The notes under the pieces are model-generated. The model had not been told where the DNA came from and searched no databases. It saw only the letters and a program-made list of their open reading frames with translations. This document shows, piece after piece, positions 24,540 to 37,231 of a stretch of 64,000 bases of DNA. The position numbers and the translations under genes were made by a program. Source of the DNA: Eledone cirrhosa (lineage: Eukaryota); assembly GCA_964016885.1 (NCBI GenBank), contig OZ024740.1, positions 104,284,001 to 104,348,000 of the forward strand. Reading direction: 5' to 3'. Position 1 is the stretch's first letter. Every line of letters begins with the position of its first letter.

Positions 24540-25445
24540 GGTGATGGTGATAGTGGTGGTTGTGGTGGTGATAGTGGTGGTGGTGGTAGTGGTGGTGATA
24601 GTAGTGGTGGTGGTAGTGATCGTGACAGTGGTGGTGACAGTGGTGGTGACAGTGGTGGTTGTGGTGGTGATAGTGGTGGTGGTGGTAGTGGTGGTGATAG
24701 TAGTGGTGACAGTGGTGGTTGTGGTGGTGACAGTGGTGGTTGTGGTGGTGATAGTGGTGGTTGTGGTAGTGATGGTGACAGTGGTGGTGACAGTGGTGGT
24801 GACAGTGGTGGTTGTGGTAGTGATAGTGGTGGTAGTGGTGGTGTTAGTGGTGGTAGTGGTGGTGACGACAATAATAGTGTTGGTGATGGTGGCTGTGGTG
24901 GTGATAGTGGTGGTTGTGGTAGTGATAGTGGTGGTAGTGGTGGTGATAGTAGTGGTGGTGGTAGTGATAGTGGTGGTGATAGTGGTGGTTGTGGTGGTGA
25001 TAGTGGTGGTAGTGGTGGTGATATTAGTGGTGGTGGTAGTCATAGTGGTGGTAGTGGTGGTGATAGTAGTGGTGGTGGTAGTGATGGTGACAGTGGTGGT
25101 TGTGGTGGTGATAGTAGTGGTAGTGGTGGTGACAGTGGTGGTGGTGGTAGTGATAGTGGTGGTAGTGGTGGTGATAGTAGTGGTGGTGGTAGTGATGGTG
25201 ACAGTGGTGGTGACAGTGGTGGTTGTGGTGGTGATAGTAGTGGTAGTGGTGGTGACAGTGGTGGTGGTGACAGCAATAATAGTGTTGGTGATGGTGGTTG
25301 TGATGGTGATAGTGATGGTGGTTGTGGTGGTGATAGTGGGGGTTGTGGTGGTGTTAGTGGTGGTAGTGGTGATAGTGGTGGTAGTGGTGGTGATAGTGGT
25401 GGTAGTGGTGGTGACGACAATAATAGTGTTGGTGATGGTGGCAAT
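24540..25445. repeat. Cryptic (GGT)n/(GTN)n trinucleotide array, about 900 bp
   Basis: ggtggtagt, gatagt and gacagt units; gives poly-V/T/P spurious ORFs. Confidence 0.92.
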
Positions 25446-25789
25446 GATGTTTATGATGAATGTGAAAACAATAACGATAACAAAGCAGAGAGGGAGTTAT
25501 GTAGGGAGAGAATGGCTGTCATCTTCATAAGATATTGTTGAATGACAAATATGACTGCAAGATAAAACATATCATGAATGCAATCTAAACTCTTCTGCAT
25601 CAGATTCAATTAAGATAATATTGCTTCTGATAATTCCACTTTCACTAACTCTGCTAGTTTCAGCACAGCAAATAAATAGTCATTTTAGGATATGTTCATA
25701 TTTGTAATTGAAATATATGTAGCTTAGTGGTTGGGGTGTTCATCTCAGTGTTGTAAAGTTGTGAGTTTGATTCCTGAATTAGATGCTAT

Positions 25790-28700
25790 ATCTCCCAAAT
25801 TACCGACAGTGACTATATAATTATTGCAGGCGACCTAAATGGACACGTTGGACAACATTGTGACGGCTACGACGAAATCCATGGAGGCTATGGGTTTGGT
25901 ACTAGAAATGAGGAAGGCTCCAGAATCCTGGAATTCTGTGACGCAAATAACCTAACTATCTGTAACACTAACTTCAAAAAACGTGACAATCACCTGATCA
26001 CCTATAGATCCGGGGAACACACAAGCCAGGTAGATTATATCCTTACCAGAAGACGTGACAGAGTGTCTGTTGTAAACACTAAATCCCTCCCCCATGAAGA
26101 ATGCACCTCCCAACATAGACTGATAATTAGCGACCTCATAGTCAGGACGAGACGTACTCGACAGCAGAAGAGGACTATCCTCAGGAGAAAAATATGGAAG
26201 CTAAAGGACCCCGCAGCCAAAAATAAATTTCAAAGCATATTACTTGATGCTTTCGACAGTAAGGAAGAGCATTTAAAGTCGGACAATATAGAGAGACAGT
26301 GTGAATTTCTGAAAGCAAACCTGCTGATGGCGACAGACGAAGTCTGTGGCTGGAGCAGACCAGTAGGCAGGAGGAGAGTAACATGGTGGTGGAACAGTAA
26401 GGTGGAGGGGTCAATTAAGGCCAAAAAGCAGGCTTGGAAAGTATGGCGGGATGGAGGAAGTAGAGAAGACTATCAAGTGGCCAGGAGGGAAGCTAGGAGA
26501 CAAGTGTACTTCGCAAGAAGGGAAGCAGAGGAAAGAAAGTTCAAGCATGTTCTACAACGCGAGGACCAAAAACGGGAGGTGTTCAGGATTGCTAGGCAAT
26601 GTGTCAAGGAAAACCGTGATATTGTCGGGGAGAAGTGTGTACTTAATGATGACGGCGTACTTGCCATCACCGACGCTGATAAGAAGGTAGCTTGGAAGTG
26701 TCACTATGAAAGGCTACTAAATGAGGAGAATAAATGGGAGAAAGACAATCTCCCCCACATCGACCCAATAGAGGGACCAGCAGTGTTAGTCGAGGGGAGT
26801 ATAATAAGTAAGGCAATCAAGGATATGAAGACGGGTAAGGCGGCTGGGCCTTCAGAAATAGTCACTGAGATGCTGAAGGCATCTGGCACGGTGGGACACA
26901 CCATGGTCACCCGCATAGTTAACCAAGTCGTACAGAATGGGGTTGTTCCGAAGGACTGGCGTAGCAGCATCATCGTTAACTGTTATAAGAGTAAAGGAGA
27001 TGCCCTAGATAGGAGTAACTATAGAGGCATTAAATTAATCGACCAGGTCATGAAGGTCACGGAAAAAGTAATAGCGCAACTAATCAGAGAGAGAATTGAC
27101 CTAGATGAAATGCAGTTCGGGTTTGTGTCAGGCAAAAGTACCACAGACGCTCTTTTCATTGTACGACAACTACAGGAGAAGTACCTAGCTAAAGGTAAAC
27201 CCCTCTACTTAGCTTTTGTCGACTTGGAGAAAGCCTTCGACAGAGTCCCCCGCTCCATTACTGGTGGGCTCTTAGAAAACTAGGTGTTGATGAATGGCTT
27301 GTGAGAGCGATACAAGCCATGTATAAAGAAACAGTCAGCAAGGTTAGAATTAACAACGAACATAGTGAAGAGTTTAGCGTAAAAGTTGGCGTCCATCAGG
27401 GCTCTGTTCTCAGCCCCCTACTATTTATTATTGCCCTTTAGGCTATAACAGAAAAGTTCAAGACCGGCTGCCCATGGGAACTCCTATATGCAGACGACCT
27501 GACACTCATAGCTGAATCAATGGCCGAGCTAGAGAAGAAATTCCAAACATGGAAGCATGGCCTAGAATCAAAAGGACTTAAAATTAACCTGGCTAAGACT
27601 AAAGTTCTAGTTTGTAGGAAAGAAAATAAGGCGGCGGTCCCTTCTGGGAAATGGCCATGCTCAGTGTGTAGGAAAGGCATAGGTAGAAACTCCATTTTAT
27701 GTCCCAAATGCAAAGTATGGGTGCATAAAATATGTAGTGGGATCACAGGTAAGCTAACTAAGAACATAGATTTTACATGTGGCCGGTGCTCTGGTGCAAT
27801 AAGTAGCAGCAAGTGCCCACAAAATACTAGCTCTTACAACTGCGCAGAGGGCTCTATAGAAATAGTGGACAGCTTCCGTTACCTGGGTAACAAAATCAGC
27901 AGTGGGGGAGGGTGCTCTGAAAGTACAGTAGCTAGAGTCAGAACTGGATGGAAAAAGTTCAGAGAGCTTATATCACTATTAGCTGCTAAAGGGTTCTCCC
28001 TAAAAATGAAAGGCAGGTTGTATGATGCCTGCATACGAACAGCAATGTTGCATGGCAGTGAGACCTGGGCATTGTGTGCAGAGGATATACGCAGACTAGA
28101 GAGGAATGAAGCTTGCATGCTCCGCTGGATGTGTAACAGTAATATACGTGAACGGCAAAGCATAAACGAACTAAGGAAAAAATTAGAAATAAGAGGGATT
28201 AGATGCTGTTTACTCAAGAGAAGGCTACGTTGGTATGGACACGTGATGCGCATGAAAGTCGATAGCTGTATAACAAAGTGCAGGGCAATAAAGATAGACA
28301 GTAGCCATGGAATAGGCAGACCTAGAAAAACCTGGGACGAGCTGATAAACTCCGACCTCACACACTTACACGTCTCCAAGACAATGTCACTGGACCGAGA
28401 CCTTTGGCGGTACTCAGTAACAGAGAAGACCCGCCTTACCTAAATACATAGTAAAACCTACTACAGCCAGTAGGCATCTCTAACAAAATACACCCCCGTC
28501 CCACCACCCCCACCCCATCCACACCACCCCCTTCTATGTAAAGTTATGTTGGTGGCGCGCCATCCAGGCCGAAACAAATGATCGTGTAGGTGTCACGACA
28601 AAAAAACACACAGTCCACGCTGTAATGTGGCCGTGTAGGCAACACGGTAAAAACCTCCCAGACCCACACTGTAAATGTGGTTGGTGTTAGGAAGGGCATC

Positions 28701-28831
28701 CAACTGTAGAAAACCTGCCAGACAGTCCTATGCGAGCAAGACAATTACTCTTGCCTCAAGTGGGAATACCCCCGTCCAAACCCATGCAAGCGTGGAACAC
28801 GGACGTTAAACGTTGATGATGATGATGATGA
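25790..28831 (+). mobile_element. RTE subfamily A, 5'-truncated within APE, inserted into a tRNA-type SINE (head about 25720-25790, remainder about 28831-29030)
   Basis: ORFs 26063..27283 and 27520..28443, frameshift near 27260 and a stop near 27438, (GAT)n tail. Confidence 0.95.
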
Positions 28832-29160
28832 TTTCACGTTACTCCAGTTGCAAAAAAGAGTTGTACCTATAATTCAAAGAGCCAACCTTGTCATGCTAAA
28901 TTTCCTAAGAACTGTGTTAAGAATACATGTATCTGTGGACTGCTCAGCCACTTGCACATTAATTTCCCAAGCAGGCTGTTCCATTGAGGGAATCAACTGA
29001 AACACTTGACATGAGAATCATCAGAGATCCAACTGGAAAGTGTAAAATAAAAGACTATTAGCTGGATGTGTGTAGTGATTGTGTTTTTATGTTGTTGAAG
29101 AATGCACTCAATATCTGTTTGCAGAAAGTGTGAGTATGACTGGCAATGGAGTGTTTAGGT

Positions 29161-29324
29161 TAGTCATTGACAAACTGTGACCCGTGGGCCACATGCGACA
29201 TGTTTGGCTTTCTGAATGGCATGCCTAATTTCAAAACTGCCTTGAATGTTTTAACAGTGCGGCCTGCCTTACGATAAACCATATCCTATGTGGCACACTA
29301 TTTAAAAAAGGTTGCCCATGCCTG
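29161..29324. mobile_element. hAT-type MITE with 8-bp TSD gtttaggt
   Basis: gtttaggt at 29153-29160 and 29325-29332; degenerate TIRs tagtcattgacaaact / aggttgcccatgcctg. Confidence 0.7.
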
Positions 29325-29651
29325 GTTTAGGTATTGTGTAAATAATGGTTAAGGAAAAGTGTATAGAGATCCATCCATTCTGCCTGTTCTACACAAATAA
29401 GTAGCTCACACTTTCCTAGATGGTTACCTTCCTCAGCCTGTTCTACGCACACAAATAGCCCATTCTTCACTAGATAGTTATCTTACCCAGCTACAAAAGA
29501 CACCCAATACTTTCATGTTAGTTTACAGTGTCACTGATATTTTATGTAGATAGAGTGTTTATTTGAAGATTTAAATCTTCTCACTAACACTGAGCTAAAT
29601 AGATGTTAACTGATCTACGTTCTGAAGGAGGGGGAGGTTCAATTTATCATC

Positions 29652-29692
<41 letters not shown>

Positions 29693-30779
29693 TATCATCA
29701 TCATAATCATCATCATCATCTTCATTATCTTCATTATTTAATGTCCATTTTCCTTGCTCTGCTAGCAAGGGTTGGATGAGTCTTCCCTGACTGTGTTAGT
29801 ACTCAAGTGAAGCTATTGACCTCTCAGATGGGCCGGAGGTCTCCATCTCATTTACAGATGTTCCAGTGGTCTATGAAGTGCAGTATATCATGGCACCATC
29901 ACTAGGTAGGTCATCATGTCTTCAACACAGCTGAAGAGAGAGTCCTCTTAAACCTTTTTTTAGGGTAAGTTTCTACTGCAGGATGCCCTTCCTGTAATGG
30001 GTACACTAGCGAGGTTATCAGTCATTGACTCAACTTTAGATCCCTTTCTCTCCTATGGGAGGGAGGGCTGGCAGGGAAGGAGAGAAGGTCGATAAGTATA
30101 ATGTTATGGGTATATGACAAGTATGGTGGGATTTGACAGGGGCATGAGTAGGAGAGGAAGGATGACCTCCGATTGTGTGGAGGGCATATTGTAATGATAA
30201 CAGCTAGAAATGGTTTAGATACAAATAGAAACATGTACAGAGACAATCCATCTAATTGTAAATAAATACGATGTAGAGGTACAATTCATTTAGTTATAAA
30301 TACATAACATGTGGTAGTACAGTTCATGTTTGGAATCAACATCAACCCAGTTTGATTGACAAATATTTTGTTAACTTCACAATTCTGAATACAAATCCTA
30401 CAATAGGTACAACATGAGATAAGCTTCATTAGACTGATATGCCCTCAATATACTATAGCTGTTGCTCTTACAAACCAGTAGGTAACCACAAATACAGAAT
30501 CTATCTAATCAATTCTATACTCTAACGATTTTCAACAAAAACTGTGACAGTGTGACTGATGAATCTCTATAAAACTATATAGTTTTCATTAGTTCATTTG
30601 CTGTTAATGTTTGCTGAATAATTTCTGCCTGTGAAGTTGTAATACTCAAATCAATAAACTGTCAGACTCATATGTCATGTGATATGGTCACATGACTGTG
30701 CAAACATTCTTCTTTGTAAAAATACATTTAATGTTTATGATATTACTTCATATTTAGTTTAACATGTTCCATAAAAATC

Positions 30780-31070
30780 TCTGTACCATTCTATATAATT
30801 TCTATGACATTACATATAAACCTTGTACAATTCCACACAATGCCCTGGACCATTCCATATAAACCCCTGAAACATTCTATAGAATTCCTGTAACATTCCT
30901 TATAAATCTCTAGACCATTCCATATAATCTCTGAAACATGTCATACAAACCCTGTAACATTCCATGTATAAATCCCTGGATCATTCAATATAATCTCTGG
31001 AACATGTCATACAATCCCTTGTAACATTCCATATAAATCCCTGGATCATTCAATATAATTTCTGTATCAT
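30780..31070 (+). repeat. Degenerate minisatellite of ~22-bp subunits with ~65-bp higher order
   Basis: cattccatataaatccctggatcattcaatataatctctg recurs. Confidence 0.75.
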
Positions 31071-31073
31071 TCC

Positions 31074-31421
31074 GGGCACATGGCTTAGTGGGTAGAGCAT
31101 CGGGCTTACAATTGTGGGGTTGTGAGTTTGATTCTCGGACCAGGCTTTGTGTTGTGTTCCTGAGCAAGACACTTTATTTCACATTGTTCCAGTTCAGTCA
31201 GCTGTAGAAACGAGTTGTGATGTCACTGGTGCCAAGCTGTATCAGCGTTTGCCCTTCTCTTGGACAACATCGGTGGTGTGGAGAGGGGAGGCTGGTATGC
31301 ATGGGCAACTGCTGGTCTTTCACAAACAACCTTGCCCGGACTTGTGCCTTGGAGGGGAACTTTCTAGGTTAAAATCCCATGATCATTCGTGACCAAAGGG
31401 CGTCTTTACCCTTTACCCTTA
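31074..31421 (+). mobile_element. tRNA-derived SINE (second copy 33697-34020, minus strand)
   Basis: A-box-like tggcttagtgg, B-box-like gtttgattc, CORE-like tgagcaagacactttatttcac, tttaccc tail. Confidence 0.8.
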
Positions 31422-32106
31422 CCATATATAGGTGACAAATTGGCAGAGTTGGTAGAGCATCAGGTTATTTATTTATTTGTTTATTCATTTATTTGTTTAT
31501 TCATTTATTTATTTAATCAATTTAAACATCCATATAGAGGTAGTAAACAATGGCAGACTATGGGAAGTATCTAGTACTTCTACAGTTGAGGAACAAATAA
31601 ATAAGATAGACATAAACATTTCAAAACATTGAAATAGAGAAGGTCTATAGGAGGTAGAATAAGGATTTAAAAAATGGAAAAGAAGGGAAGCTGTAAAGCA
31701 GTTAGAAGTTTCTGTTGCTGAATCCTTTCATAACCTGGGAATTTGTTTTAACTCCTCATGCTCTGTGATCAAATTCTGCTGCAGTCATACTTAATCTTCA
31801 TCCTTTTGGGGTTTGATAAATATACTACCAGCCCAGGGATGGTGAATTGGCAGAATTGTTAAAGAGTTAAACAGGACACTTCACAATGTCTGTTCCCTCT
31901 CTGTGCAGAGTTCAATTCCTGCCACCGTTCACCAGAAAAGCAACAATACTTCTGCCTGGATTTGTCACTAGTATATAGTTAGCAATGAAAAGAGCAATGG
32001 AAATTTAGTTTCCTTAGTTTGATCTAATGATCAGCTCTTTTTCTTTCCTTGCATATAAAATTTGGCCCATTCCAAATAATTTCTATACTACTACTACTAC
32101 TACTAA

Positions 32107-32139
<33 letters not shown>

Positions 32140-32162
32140 TATATCATTATTATCATCATCAG

Positions 32163-32352
32163 CGGTGGATTGACAGTATCGGTAGAGGGTCGGATGCCAT
32201 GCTTTCCAGCATAGAGTTACGCTCCTTCATGTTCTGAGTTCAAATCCCGCTGAGGTTAACTTTACCTTTCATCCTTACTGGGTCGATAAAATAAAGTACC
32301 AGTAATGCACTGGGATAATTGCTGGCCTTGTGCCAAATGTAGAAACAATTAT
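32163..32352 (+). mobile_element. tRNA-derived SINE family (also 35508-35685 -, 47525-47712 -, 48765-48950 -, 54243-54452 +, 54470-54642 +)
   Basis: Shared gagttcaaatcccgc.gaggt..actttgcctttcatcc..gtcgataaaataaagtaccag. The 54470 copy has a ~19-bp TSD ttatttaccttttaaagtg. Confidence 0.85.
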
Positions 32353-32672
32353 TATCATCATCAGCAGCAGCAGCATCTAACGTCCACTTTCTCTGCTACC
32401 AAGTCAGTTACTGAAGTGGGGCTACTGACTTCCCAGACAGGCCAAGGGATCTGCATTTCACTTACATTCTATGAAGAGCAGAGGAGAAATTGATGTGTTT
32501 TGGGACACAAACTGAAGGCTCCTCCCAACCTCTTGTTTGGCAAGCTTTCTAAGGCTGGATGCCCTTCCTAACACCATATAATTAATTCATATAATTAAAA
32601 TTTACTTACTGAAGTGTAGAAGCATTGTTCTATTAACTATGTTAACCTCAGTAAATTATAAATATTTTTTCT

Positions 32673-32916
32673 TTAACCCTTTTGATATAAAACTCCCCTT
32701 AATTCTATTATATGAAACTGTTTATTTTAAAGTGTTTATATTTATTTCAAACCCTTTCATCATAATTTTACGTAAGAACTTTTCTTATGCTATGTTCAAA
32801 ACACTCTTTTGATAATGAGAAGGTTAGTTATATTATCTAATAACTGATTATTTTCAAAATTATTTGAAAATCGCAGGGAGTGTTCTTCATTAGAAATATG
32901 TTAATGAAAGGTTTAA
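32673..32916. mobile_element. TTAA-bounded MITE (related copies at about 45285-45583 and 53975-54193)
   Basis: ttaaccct.../...aaaggtttaa termini and a shared internal AT-rich body. Confidence 0.55.
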
Positions 32917-35900
32917 CTCTAGCAAAATGAATGACAAATTCTTTTACTTAGGATCCAAAATTACAAAAGTAAATACTGCAAAATATTTTAGTTCAACAAT
33001 ATATTTTATTGATTTCTGCCAACTCCAATTTCCTTAACCTCTGTCTCACTAAAACAAAATCAATGTTCTTATGACCCACAAGGGGGATTTAAAAAGATTG
33101 GTACTTAGCTCTAGTTCCATAATATTAACCTTCGTCAGTCCACATTGATGGGAGAAATGTACAATTAAAAATAGGATCTTAGCTGTTTCTTAAGAATTGC
33201 TACATCAAACGGTTATTGTTGTTGTTTGTTATCATTCCTATCCCACCTTTTTTTCAAACTATGTGCATCCAGCGCTACATTATTTAAATGTCCTTCCTAC
33301 TCTTGGATGACAGGGCATGATTTTAAGGAGATTAAACCGCTATTTCTAGCAGGTCAAGCAAACAGATAGACTCTGTAGGCTTATATGTCTGAAGTTGAAT
33401 GTTTTGGTCATATATTGTCACTCACTCACTCACAAGTCGAGTTTCCTTGATCCAATGAACAGTACTCCTTCCATTTGCCTTAATATATATTGTCAGAATA
33501 TATGAAGCCAAACTCCAAAACGGCTTCTGCCATCAGTGAAATTGCCAGGATACCTGGAAATTGTAGTTGGTATGATAAACTAACTTACCAAGTTTTATTT
33601 AAATCTGCCTGACATCTAAATCTGTCTAACATTTCTAGCCCAATGTGTACATTTGGTTTAATATAGCTATACCATATACCTGTGTGTTATATCGTAGGCC
33701 CCCTTTGGCCATGAATGACTATGGGATTTGAACCTAGAAAGTTCCCCTCTGAGGCACAAGCCTGGGCAAGGTGTGTTTGTAGAAAACCAGCAGTCGTCCA
33801 TGCATACCAGCCTCCCCTCTCCACACCACTGATGTTGTCCAAGAGAAAGGCAATAGCTGATACAGCTTGGTACCAGTGACATTGTAACTCATTTCTAGAG
33901 TTGAGTGAACTGGATCTTCGTGAAATAAAGTGTTTTGCTCAAGTACGCAATGCACTGGTCCAGTATTCAAACTCACAATCTTACAATTCTGAGCTCAATG
34001 CTCTAACCACTAAGCCAAATACCAAAGTGACTAAAAGGGTTGACAATAGGAAGTACATCTGACCATAGAACATTGCTTCAAAAAAGACCTCAATGATGAG
34101 TATGAATAAACCTGTCATAGGGCCCCTCACACTTGCTTTAGCAAGGTATGCTTGATAAAATACTAGCTTATAAGCCTAATGATATAACTATTCTTTTCTA
34201 ATTCTGATTTTATATGTTATTCACCTCAAATACGAATCTTTTACCAATGTAAATATTTAATAGATAACCAAGTCCGGTCTTAGCCTACTTTGACTTAAAG
34301 AAATTATTCTACAAGTATATACTTCCAAGTATTATCTTGGAGCTAAGATTTGGGTGTCAGCTGAAAGGTTCATTGACTGACTAAGAAGGAGTGATTCTAG
34401 GTCTGTGAAATCTTGCATGCATTAATTTCAACTCTTTTTATTAATAATTGAATTGTTTCTTTCGAGGAGCCATGTTGAAAAATAAACCTCATCTGGTCAT
34501 TCCATGAAAGTATCTTGGTCAGCTTATGAACTTTTCAGACGATTCTTCTACTTTATTAGAAAATAATAGTCCTATATCTTATACTTCAAAGAAACTCTCC
34601 ATTTCTGAAATAAATTACTTATCATCATCATCATTGCCAAGGGGAAGACAAAATCAGTAGGGCATTGATTATTAGTTATTGCTGCATTTGATTATGTTCT
34701 AAGTTCTGAAATCATCTGCAAGTTGACTTTGTCCCTCTTCCTTCTGAGGTTGATAAAATAAGCAAGGGAGGTCAATGTAATCAGCTATATATACTCTTGA
34801 AGAAATATTATTCAGAAATATTATTCTCCTATTAATTTAGAAAGAGTTAGTATGTGGATTTTATGTCATTGTCATTGTTTAACCCCAAGTCAAATTTGAT
34901 CCAGCAGACCTATGGTCAAATACATTCCAGCCTAGACCATCTCATCTTTTTTCAGCCACATTATATCTAATACTATATTATCTAATGTGTCCTTTTTTTT
35001 TATATGTATATTAGGAGATAATTTGAGGGAAATTTGGCTGCTCTTTCTAGCCGGTCGAATGGCCATACTGTGGCTACCATGTAGGAGATGCTGATTTTGA
35101 GTATTATATCTTATTCTGGCCTGGATATATAACTAACTATACAAATCTCAATTGTAACTTTTACTTAGTATTTAGTGGTCATTTTCTTATAAAATTCTGT
35201 TATACATGCAGCTATTTTGTTTTTTGGTGAACTCGGTTGGTCTTACTTGAGAATCCAACCAGATCAATTGGAAATGGTTGCTTCTGATAGGACCATCTGG
35301 AAGGTGTGTCTGAGGACTCTGCCTTTACAACCCTTCCAAAAATAAATGGGCAAAGAAGAAGAGAAAAGATGACAAAGATTTAATTCTAATTGAGAACTAC
35401 TATCAATATTACTTTAGACTATTTCAGTGTTTAATAACACACAGAATACTACAATAACTTCTAAAGATAACACATGACATATTGTCTTTGAAAATCTTCT
35501 ATCAAATAATTGTTTCTACTTTTGGCACAAGGCCAGCAATTACCCAGTGCATTACTGGTACTTTATTTTATCGATCCCGTAAGGATGAAAGGCAAAATTA
35601 ACCTCAGCGGAATTTGAACTCAGAATGGCAAGGGCCGCAACTCTATGCGTCAAAGCATGGTGTCCAACCCTCTACCAATACTGCTTGAATATGCTAGTCA
35701 GGAATTTTCCAACTTAATCAGATATTGAAATATTCAACATACAATCCCAGCCCAATGGAAAGTCGAATGTGTTGGCTGAACATATGAAACAAGATCTATA
35801 AACATTAGACTGATCACGTCATAACTACTAATATCTGGAGTGGGGGAGGGGTCTCAGCCCATAACACCTGATGGAGTTGCCGGGGTGCCATAATGATATA

Positions 35901-36919
35901 CATTTCATGGGCATTTTAAACCTGAATATTTTTAGAAATATACACCAATAATTTAATTATATACATGCATAAACACACACAAACACACATTAATATATAT
36001 ATATATATATATATAATGAATAAAAAAAAAACAGGGTTTAATTATATTATTTAATAGATTTATGCACGTTTCTTTCAAATGCAGAAGGAAGTAGCATTTT
36101 ATTCCTCTGAATTATTCTTCAGAATTATTAAATAATACAAAAAAAAGAGAATGCTGTGCAAAAATAACAGCGCAGCATTCTCCATTAAATGGAGGATACT
36201 GGAAAGATCCACCCCTATGTCAATAGAATGAAATTTTGCCAGCTGTGTAACTCAGAGAAGTGGAATATACTCTCACCACTGGCTTCAGGGAAGTACTGCT
36301 TATATATGTGCCTGAACTGCTTCAATTGCTCGTCCTCATGAAACAAAATTTGTTCTAAAAAAAATTGAATATATTTTCTTCAACTTTTCAATTTAACCCC
36401 TGGGCTCCCTGTGAAACACAAGTTGCCTACACTGTTATTTTTTTATAGTTACCTCCCTTTTCATTTACACTATTTAAGGTACTTGTCTATTTGTAGATAA
36501 TTTGAGGATTACGTACCCTTAGAACATTCCTATACTTTCTAAAATCTCCACAGTGGGAAGCCATTTTTCTCTTTATGACAGGCTGAAAGAGTTTGGGTTA
36601 ACAATCCAATGAAACTTAAGTACCTATACATGTCACTGTTGTAACTAAATACATATATATATGTATATATATATCGCTCAGTCTCTCTTCCTGGAGTTCC
36701 CTGGATCATAGGGGATTATTGTGAATTTTCAACTCTACCTTTTAATTTTATATATTTGGCTCCTAATTTATTAATTAATATCAGTAGAGCTTTTGTCTAC
36801 TTGATTAATATTTTTAGCGACCTAATTGCTTATTCAAGCCACCTTGGACTAACTGATTTACACTGTTCTTTCGTTGGCACTATGTACATATCAGAAGTTA
36901 GTTATCTTTTTACTCTCTC

Positions 36920-37231
36920 TCTCTCCCATATGTGAAGTTCATAAAATACAGGTTCACCCATTGAGAAGCTCCTGTATGTATTATGATTTCTTTAGGTACA
37001 CAAAAGATTTAGTGGGATAGCAGGCAAACTAACAGGTAGGGAAATGCAGTAGATGTTCAAGGAAATTTGATAGTAGAAGTCGCAGTGATAGACACATTTT
37101 CCAAATGCAGGTGGGATCTATTGAGGTGATTGATAGCTTCCGATACCTAGGTGATCAGATTAGCAAGGGAGGAAGGTGTTCCAAAGCCATAGTATCTAGA
37201 ATAAGGATGGGCTGGAAGAAGTTTAGGGAAA
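36920..37231 (+). pseudogene. Old RTE RT remnant (similar relics at 41290-41870 - and 55790-56400 +)
   Basis: IEVIDSFRYLGDQISKGG..RIRMGWKKFRE. Confidence 0.8.

Noticed and set aside
24476-25530. Poly-Val, poly-Thr (mucin-like) and poly-Pro (extensin-like) ORFs
   Set aside because: Open frames on both strands arise from a stop-poor trinucleotide array, with no flanking gene structure.
31074-31145. tRNA gene
   Set aside because: Only A/B-box-like remnants continuing into a SINE body; no convincing cloverleaf.
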